A stretch of DNA of 53,281 nt from Acanthaster planci (lineage: Eukaryota): contig NW_019091359.1 of assembly GCF_001949145.1 (NCBI RefSeq), positions 3,777,159 to 3,830,439 of the forward strand. Reading direction: 5' to 3'. Positions within the stretch are counted from its first letter, which is position 1, and each line of letters starts with the position of its first letter. A program made the position numbers and the translations under genes. Shown in pieces: positions 51,001 through 53,281 of the stretch. Under the pieces are notes generated by a model. It made no database searches. It was not told the origin of the DNA and saw nothing but the letters and a program-made list of their open reading frames with translations.

Positions 51001-52886
51001 AAGAAAATAACCGGGATTATGTCTCCCTGAAATAAAATTTGTTCTATAAAATAAAAATGTGGTAAAATGTTATTAGCATTGATTAAAAATTATGTTTTGT
51101 TTACTTTCATGTAACTATTTTCTTGTTGACTCTTTTTTCTTTTTTTTTCAAGCATAAATTTATTTTCTAAAATCATTGATTCTTTACATTCCAAAACTTG
51201 TTCATTTTAAGACTCTTTACATGAATTTACACTTTATCACTGTGGACTGCAAAAAAGGCTGAGAATGGAACATCAGCAGTTGCATGGCAGTTTAGCCATG
51301 TTTTTGCCAAGTTTATCTCTTTAACTGCCAAGTTTCACCTCAGTTTTCTTCCTCTCTGTTGTTGAATGCATGGCATGGGAAGTTGACAAATGACAGTTCT
51401 CACAATACGGACTTGCAGGTGCAATGGTTCTGTTTATTTTTGAAACACTGCCAGAGATTTAGGAGAGTGGGTACAGGTGCAACAGGATGTAAGTTGTAGG
51501 CAGAGACTAAGATTGGTCTGAATAGGAGTATGTGGCATGCTTATGTTCTGGCTGAGTGGAGACAATATGGAAGTGCTATACATGAATGTGAAGAATGGAC
51601 TTGATTGTAGAGAAAACTCAGGAACCTTGTTTAATTTAAAATTCTGAGCCTTTCCCTGAGATTTAACTTGTCAAATGTTTATTGTACATTAGTTTTATGA
51701 ACTTTCAAAAGTTTGTTACCAAACCTTTTTTATTTGAAGATTCCTCTTCAGAATTTCCACATTGTTTTGTACTTCATAGAAAACATAATTTTGCTGATTA
51801 TTGCTTCCTTTTTTTGAGAATTTACCCTCAGAATCAGCAAAGTATTGAATTAGGTCTTAACATTTAGATGTTAAAGGTACTAAAAAATTTTTAAACAGGC
51901 AGAAAATCTACTCATTACCTAAATCATTCTATCTACAGTCAACCAAGGATCGGACATTAGACCAGCAGTGCACTGTGTCTAGGCCAGGACTGTCCATGGT
52001 GGCTGCAGCATTGGTTGTAGAGTTATTGGTCAGTTTGCTACAACACCCCAAGGGGTAGGTCACTCTGCTTTGCTATATTTCTTCCTTTTCTCATTGTTAA
52101 CTTCTTCTTGTGAAGGTGTAGTGATCCCCAAAATGCAAATGAGCACTCACAGTGGATACCTATTTCAAATTCCAAGCCAAGAATACTTAGGGGCCTTGTC
52201 TTACCATGAGCATTCCATTCTTTGAAAACTGCTGAAAGATATTCAATATCCATTCAACCCCCAGAGGAGAAACTATACATCAACTTAAAGCATGCTACTA
52301 AACGATGGCAACACATTTACACGAGGGGTACTCATTGTTTGGTTTCAGCAAGGAGTGGCTGTCTGGAATATGGCTGTTGTAATTATTTGCTATGATATTT
52401 GCATCTAACACAGTTAACTTTTTAGTGTCATATTTCAGCAATGCCCTCTCTTTCCCCATCTCTGGTGGCATTAGATCAGTGTGCCTTCCGCAGCAGGTTT
52501 GGCAACCCAGACTTCTATAATCTTGTAGATTTCCTGCAGAAGTTACCAGTCTCAGTTTTCTTGGCTCAGTCTCCACTAAAAATGATTCTTGACTGTATTG
52601 CACCACATCACTTGAATGTATTCTTGAGGGTACTCAGATCATTACCATGGTTAATAATGAATATTACTCTATGTTTAATATGAGGATGCAATGAAAATCG
52701 GACGAAAGAGGCATATAAAGGCCTATGGTCAGAAGGGGAACCTGTTAGTACCCGTAAGTATACATGTACAGTTGTTTATCTTTCCTGTGTTTTCTGTACA
52801 GAGGTTATGCAGCAGCAGACACCAGTGCCAAAGATGATCACCTCACAACTTCCCTCATTTCTCCTCTTGGCTTAGTTCCTCACCAG
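41929..52886 (+). CDS. ATG7: Ubiquitin-like modifier-activating enzyme ATG7 (3' end beyond window)
   Basis: 16 phase-consistent GT-AG exons; [84 protein letters not shown] (catalytic Cys codon 51969-51971). Confidence 0.98.
42657..42711 (+). CDS. ATG7: ATG7 exon 2
   Basis: [17 protein letters not shown]|gtaagt. Confidence 0.92.
43240..43500 (+). mobile_element. L2-type LINE 3' remnant
   Basis: [43 protein letters not shown] resembles the L2 ORF2 C-terminus (GDRAFS..P.LWN.LP..IR....L..FK..LKT.LF). Confidence 0.7.
43548..43665 (+). CDS. ATG7: ATG7 exon 3
   Basis: [29 protein letters not shown]. Confidence 0.95.
44197..44781. mobile_element. piggyBac-like MITE
   Basis: TTAA|ccacttcataccgggg ... 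ccccggcaggaagtgt|TTAA (13/16 TIR match). Confidence 0.75.
44939..45016 (+). CDS. ATG7: ATG7 exon 4
   Basis: [26 protein letters not shown]. Confidence 0.96.
45438..45551 (+). CDS. ATG7: ATG7 exon 5
   Basis: [16 protein letters not shown]. Confidence 0.95.
46250..46387 (+). CDS. ATG7: ATG7 exon 6
   Basis: [11 protein letters not shown]...AFFLVQK; phase 0/0 sites. Confidence 0.88.
46925..47013 (+). CDS. ATG7: ATG7 exon 7
   Basis: [25 protein letters not shown]. Confidence 0.96.
47263..47384 (+). CDS. ATG7: ATG7 exon 8
   Basis: [28 protein letters not shown]. Confidence 0.95.
47508..47598 (+). CDS. ATG7: ATG7 exon 9
   Basis: [28 protein letters not shown]. Confidence 0.96.
48132..48276 (+). 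CDS. ATG7: ATG7 exon 10
   Basis: [19 protein letters not shown]...[14 protein letters not shown]. Confidence 0.97.
49129..49287 (+). CDS. ATG7: ATG7 exon 11
   Basis: [26 protein letters not shown]...IFPGV. Confidence 0.97.
49679..49736 (+). CDS. ATG7: ATG7 exon 12
   Basis: [19 protein letters not shown]. Confidence 0.94.
50327..50463 (+). CDS. ATG7: ATG7 exon 13
   Basis: [17 protein letters not shown]. Confidence 0.96.
50641..50871 (+). CDS. ATG7: ATG7 exon 14
   Basis: [15 protein letters not shown]...[14 protein letters not shown]. Confidence 0.97.
51939..52054 (+). CDS. ATG7: ATG7 exon 15 (catalytic Cys)
   Basis: [17 protein letters not shown]...LLQHP. Confidence 0.97.
52802..52886 (+). 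CDS. ATG7: ATG7 exon 16
   Basis: GYAAADTSA...LGLVPHQ|gtaatt. Confidence 0.95.
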
Positions 52887-53180
52887 GTAATTCATTTCCT
52901 TTGCTTTCTTAGTTTACACCTTGTTTAAAGGCAATACTAACAAGTACAATAATGATGTGTAATATGCTTTAATTTAGTCTTTGTTTAATCTGGTCTTGTG
53001 AAAGATTTTTTGGGTAAAAGTGCTTTCAACAACAGCTTTGAAGAAATTGTTTTATTGCATTTTGTTCAGGTAGTGAATGGTTTTGTGGTTATTGTTTCTC
53101 TCAAACATTTGAGTGAAGGTAGCTCTAAGATAATTTTATGTATATACGTATGATAAGCTGTTTGCACATGAAACAGCAGA

Positions 53181-53281
53181 ATTGAGCTGTATAGATCAGT
53201 AAAACGAGGTCACGTTATTGAGATGTATGGATCAGTGAAACGAGGTCATGTTATTGAGGTGTATGGGTCAGTAAAATGAGG
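53181..53281. repeat. Minisatellite, 36-bp unit (truncated by window end)
   Basis: g[ag]tcagt[ag]aaa[ct]gaggtca[ct]gttattgag[ag]tgtatg recurs at 53194, 53230 and 53266. Confidence 0.9.

Overview
AT-rich, intron-rich animal genomic DNA with three N-gaps. It is probably an invertebrate, possibly a lophotrochozoan; that is inferred from composition only. Four protein-coding genes are supported. (1) A partial minus-strand gene for a secreted, acidic, EF-hand-like protein, main exon 3171-3618. (2) A complete 6-exon ARPC4 (Arp2/3 subunit 4, + strand, 18927-24989, 168 aa). (3) A 9-coding-exon minus-strand gene (35869-28354, about 610 aa) of the GEX1/KAR5/Brambleberry nuclear-envelope-fusion family, with signal peptide, Cys-rich domain, coiled coil, three TM helices, and a tail carrying an HMGA-type AT-hook and an RYNLR motif. 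(4) ATG7 (+ strand, from 41929, 16 coding exons in the window, running off the end). ATG7 and the GEX1-like gene are head-to-head and may share a ~150-bp bidirectional promoter near 40.3-40.5 kb. The rest is mostly transposon debris: a cluster of four copies of one repeat family forming a ~1.7-kb-arm inverted repeat with tRNA-like A/B boxes (9.3-17.8 kb), a Tc1 deletion derivative, hAT-, piggyBac- and Tc1-like MITEs, L2/CR1 3' ends, a ~2.65-kb TIR-bounded element, minisatellites and perfect palindromes. There are no prokaryotic-type systems such as CRISPR. The best novelty candidate is the AT-hook-bearing GEX1-like protein; I cannot verify its novelty without searches.
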